This document shows, one piece after another, positions 60,984 to 64,000 of a DNA stretch of 64,000 bases (position 1 is its first letter; each line of letters starts with the position of its first letter). Location: contig DLRJ01000113.1 in assembly GCA_002500485.1 (NCBI GenBank), forward strand, positions 18,001-82,000, in the 5' to 3' direction. The position numbers and the translations under genes are program-made. The notes beneath the pieces were generated by a model. The model searched no databases, was not told the origin of the DNA, and worked only from the letters and a program-made list of their open reading frames with translations. This DNA comes from Dehalococcoidia bacterium UBA7891 (GTDB lineage Bacteria; Chloroflexota; Dehalococcoidia; Lucifugimonadales; UBA826).

Positions 60984-61750
60984 AAGTGCGTTGTCATCTG
61001 CAGAAGTAAAGTAAAAACTTTATCAAGGTTTTCTTCAAATAGCTTTTTGTTCCACACCCAATCCATTTTTTCTGTGAGGTCATGAGCGTCAGAAACTACG
61101 AATAAACCTACAGCTGGAATTGTCAGGTATTCGCAGAGTGCAAAGACGGCAGACATTTCCATGTCGACCCCCAGTATTCCGTCTTTTCTCCAGGTGAGTT
61201 CTGTTTCAATCGTTTGTCTATATGGTGCATCGGTACTTACTGTTTTGCCTGCACGATATGGAAGATTATATTTAATGAGATGTTTGGTAAGACTTTGTAA
61301 CATATCGTAGTTCGGTGAGGCAGCTGCTTCTGGAGGAAGGTAGTGAAAAGATGTTCCCTCTTCCCTTTCACATAATGTCGGTAAAACTATATCCCCTACA
61401 TGCAGAGAACTATCCACAGCACCACAGAGGCCTAGTACAAAAATTCGTTTGACTCCCCTTGAAACCGCTGTTTGGATCGCGCTTACTCCTATTGGAGCGC
61501 TTATGGCGCCTTCTATGGCAACCAGATCGCTGTTGCTGTGACTTTTATAGAGTATTGATTCCCCGCCAAAGAATTGGAGCAGATCTGAGTCTTGATAAAG
61601 CACATTACTCTTAACGAAATTTTTCAAAAAGTTTTGCGAGAATATTACCAATAGATTTGGGGGTAAATGTAATGCTGTTTTATCTTGTAGTTCGGGTCTT
61701 ATTACACATTGTGATTTATCTTTTGGATTAAACCATTTTTCTCTACTCAT
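60980..61750 (-). CDS. nucleoside phosphorylase family protein (PNP_UDP_1 fold)
   Basis: 256 aa. Reads ..RIFVLGLCGAV..VGDIVLP.. and ..GVDMEMSAVFAL.., typical of the uridine/purine phosphorylase-nucleosidase superfamily. Starts 6 nt downstream of the nudC stop. Confidence 0.7.
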   Translation of the reverse strand: MSREKWFNPKDKSQCVIRPELQDKTALHLPPNLLVIFSQNFLKNFVKSNVLYQDSDLLQFFGGESILYKSHSNSDLVAIEGAISAPIGVSAIQTAVSRGVKRIFVLGLCGAVDSSLHVGDIVLPTLCEREEGTSFHYLPPEAAASPNYDMLQSLTKHLIKYNLPYRAGKTVSTDAPYRQTIETELTWRKDGILGVDMEMSAVFALCEYLTIPAVGLFVVSDAHDLTEKMDWVWNKKLFEENLDKVFTLLLQMTTHF

Positions 61751-61756
61751 GTAAGA

Positions 61757-62689
61757 TCAAATTTCATTTAAGGCCCAGGATTTCACTAAATGATGAGCAA
61801 TCGCTATTTTCATGGGTACTTTTAGTACTTCGCTGTTGTTTTCAAGGGCTGAGATGACATCTTTCCTATCAAACCATTTAACATCAGTCATTTCGTCCTC
61901 ATCCATATTGATGTTGGTAGTAACTGCCTCTGCATGGCAACCTATCATTAAGGAGTAAGGTAACGGCCAAGGTTGAGATGAATGGTATTTAACATTCTTA
62001 ACCTCTATTCCAGCTTCTTCCATCACTTCTCGAGCGACGGCCTCTTCAATTGATTCGCCTTGATCAACAAATCCAGCTAATGCGGAATAGGTGTTTGTTC
62101 TTTGAAGTCTTCCTCTTGATTGTCCTAATAAACATTTATCACCATCATGTACCACGACTATTATGACTGGATCGGTTCTTGGAAAATGATCAGTACCGCA
62201 TCCGGTACAATTTCGCACTTGGCCAGCTCTTTGCATTTGGGTTTTTGATCCGCAAGCCGAACAGAATTTGTACCGTTGGTGCCAGTAGACTTGTATTCTT
62301 GCTTGAGCGGCGATTCCTGCCTCCTCCGGATCTAAAAATTCACCACATGACCTAACGTCGACGAATCTTAGTGAAGGGTTTAAGCTCCTAATCACCGCAT
62401 CTGAAAAGAGATCAGTCGATACTTCTATTGCGAAGTGATATATATCGTCCAATATGCCTAAAAAAATAGGCTCTGATTTGCACGCGAATTCATCCAGCTG
62501 AACCCGTGATAGCCAAAATAGATTGGATTCCATTCCTGTATTAACCAGTAAATTAAGTTCTCTTAAAGGCAAAAAACGACTTTGTGGGTCGGTCATCATA
62601 CTGTTTATTGCAGATTGGTCTCTTCTTTCTTTTTCTCCCCTATTAAGGGGATTCTTTGCGAATACGTGTCCGTACCCATGTGTGGTCAT
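61757..62689 (-). CDS. nudC: NAD(+) diphosphatase (NADH pyrophosphatase), Nudix family
   Basis: 310 aa. Zn-ribbon CSACGSKT..x..CTGCGTDHFPRTDP, then Nudix box GFVDQGESIEEAVAREVMEEAGI, and a downstream SQPWPLP motif typical of NudC. Confidence 0.88.
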   Translation of the reverse strand: MTTHGYGHVFAKNPLNRGEKERRDQSAINSMMTDPQSRFLPLRELNLLVNTGMESNLFWLSRVQLDEFACKSEPIFLGILDDIYHFAIEVSTDLFSDAVIRSLNPSLRFVDVRSCGEFLDPEEAGIAAQARIQVYWHQRYKFCSACGSKTQMQRAGQVRNCTGCGTDHFPRTDPVIIVVVHDGDKCLLGQSRGRLQRTNTYSALAGFVDQGESIEEAVAREVMEEAGIEVKNVKYHSSQPWPLPYSLMIGCHAEAVTTNINMDEDEMTDVKWFDRKDVISALENNSEVLKVPMKIAIAHHLVKSWALNEI

Positions 62690-62884
62690 AAGAACTCCTA
62701 AAGTCGAATATTAAGTTATTAGAACACATTCCTGTTGTAAAGGTGGATCTATTTTTTGTTGGATACTTTCTTAAGTTTTTTATTCTGTCCTCTAAGGGGC
62801 AGTTGTTTTGATTGACACCCTTGATGGTGTGAACACAGAATAAGGGGATAATAATGAAATCTAAGGATGGAAGGAGACTAACCA

Positions 62885-63211
62885 ATGATATATGAAACTC
62901 GGATTTATGAGACCCATCCTGGTAAGTTGCCAAACCTCCATGATAGATTCCGTAACCACACTATGAGGATTTTTGAAAAATTTGGAATAAAAAATATTGG
63001 ATATTGGACCTCAGAGGTTGGTGAATATAGCGATAGATTGACCTACATAATTGCTTTTGAAAATCAAGGGCATAGAGAGAAAGCTTGGAATGACTTTAGG
63101 AATGATGTTGAGTGGAACAAGGTAAGGACTGAGTCAGAATTGGAGGGACCAATAGTAAAAAGAGTGTTCAATAATTTGCTGATACCGACCGACTATTCTC
63201 CTTTGCAATAG
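62885..63211 (+). CDS. NIPSNAP family protein
   Basis: 108 aa. Reads MIYETRIYETHPGK.. and ..IIAFENQGHREKAWNDF.., a dimeric alpha-beta barrel NIPSNAP-like pattern. Confidence 0.75.
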   Translation: MIYETRIYETHPGKLPNLHDRFRNHTMRIFEKFGIKNIGYWTSEVGEYSDRLTYIIAFENQGHREKAWNDFRNDVEWNKVRTESELEGPIVKRVFNNLLIPTDYSPLQ

Positions 63212-63225
63212 CTTGTGAATAGATA

Positions 63226-64000
63226 TTGACCTCAGACAAAAAAATTAGACCCCAACAATGGTGGCAATCCTTTCAGTTCAAAGATTTTAGATATTTGTGG
63301 GTGTCCACTTTTTTCCAATCTATCGGGTTTGGTATGGACAATGTAGCCCTTGGCTGGATTGTTTTTGAGAAAACTGATTCTGCATTCATGGTTGGGCTAG
63401 CAGCAGCTCTTAGGATGGTGCCACTTTTTCTACTCGGTGTTTTTTCTGGCCTGATTGCTGATAATGTCGAAAGACGAATATTCCTTCGCATATTTACTAT
63501 TGTAGGTGGGGGCCTTATGGCCTTGCTTGGCGTGCTCCTAATCATTGGTTACGACCAAATATGGATCATCATTGCAATTGCCACTATTACCGGAGCCACA
63601 TTTGCATTTGTTCTTACTTTGAGGCAGGCATACACCTTCGATATTGTAGGGGCTTCCCTTTCATTGAATGGTTTGTCTATGTTGCAAATAGCGTCTCAAA
63701 CGGGAGGGGTTTTTGGGGCTTTGGTCTCCGGAATATTGATATCTAAGTTGGGGGCAGGACCACAATTTGTCGTCATAGGCTTGATGTACCTGATTTCATT
63801 TTTAGTTCTGTTTGGAGCATCTGAGTCAGGCCAAGCAGCCTCTAGAAGGAGAGAGAGTCTTAATTCCAATTTTAAGGGATACATTGATCTCATAAAAGAA
63901 TATCCAGTTTTACTTATCTTGATGTGTTTGGCCTCAATTACCGAAATATTTGGTTTCACTCATATGAGTTTAATCCCAGTTTTTGCCAAGGAGGTTTTAT
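63226..64000 (+). CDS. MFS transporter (MFS_3 / EntS-like), N-terminal part; the 3' end lies outside the window
   Basis: Absent from the ORF track because the frame stays open to the window edge. My translation from the TTG at 63226 reads LTSDKKIRPQQWWQSFQFKDFRYLWVSTFFQSIGFGMDNVALGWIVFEKT..LIPVFAKEVL. It is hydrophobic and paralogous to the 16089-17510 protein. Confidence 0.8.
   Translation, partial: MTSDKKIRPQQWWQSFQFKDFRYLWVSTFFQSIGFGMDNVALGWIVFEKTDSAFMVGLAAALRMVPLFLLGVFSGLIADNVERRIFLRIFTIVGGGLMALLGVLLIIGYDQIWIIIAIATITGATFAFVLTLRQAYTFDIVGASLSLNGLSMLQIASQTGGVFGALVSGILISKLGAGPQFVVIGLMYLISFLVLFGASESGQAASRRRESLNSNFKGYIDLIKEYPVLLILMCLASITEIFGFTHMSLIPVFAKEVL

Overview
This is a densely coded, low-GC window with about 64 protein genes, one tRNA, no rRNA, no CRISPR array and no recognisable transposase, integrase or phage genes. 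Most of it is housekeeping and central metabolism.

Housekeeping content: purM(partial)-purH, tilS, recA-recX, sucCD, tRNA-Ser(UGA), rpsU, an 11-gene nuoABCDHIJKLMN operon, trmL, recF, cofD-cofC plus an LLM-class oxidoreductase, ligA, a cysteine synthase, a class IV aminotransferase, gyrB, surE and nudC.

Interspersed catabolic and accessory enzyme families: GGT, two tandem MFE-2-type SDRs, an SCP-x-type thiolase with a DUF35 partner, a DUF1537 kinase with a class II aldolase, a GMC oxidoreductase, an enolase-superfamily dehydratase, a DHDPS-family aldolase, an NHL propeller and three MFS transporters.

The gene content (F420 biosynthesis, the DUF3090/SCO1664 pair, complex I without nuoEFG, many SDR/LLM/enolase-type enzymes) suggests a Chloroflexota-like marine bacterium, possibly SAR202/Dehalococcoidia-like. 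That is inference only.

I found no convincing defence island or mobile element. The observations most worth follow-up are:
- An unannotated 44-codon Cys/His-rich ORF, translationally coupled to a JAMM/MPN+ protease gene.
- The uncharacterised DUF3090 plus PI3/PI4-kinase-like (SCO1664-family) pair.
- A strong intrinsic-terminator-like hairpin 11 nt upstream of the DmpA-type peptidase start codon, preceded by a Tyr-Tyr-Tyr mini-ORF.
- A DUF1537 kinase paired with a class II FBA-family aldolase rather than its known partners.
- Complex I lacking its NADH-input module, in a window that also carries F420 genes.

All calls come from reading the translations and the DNA by eye. No searches were run.
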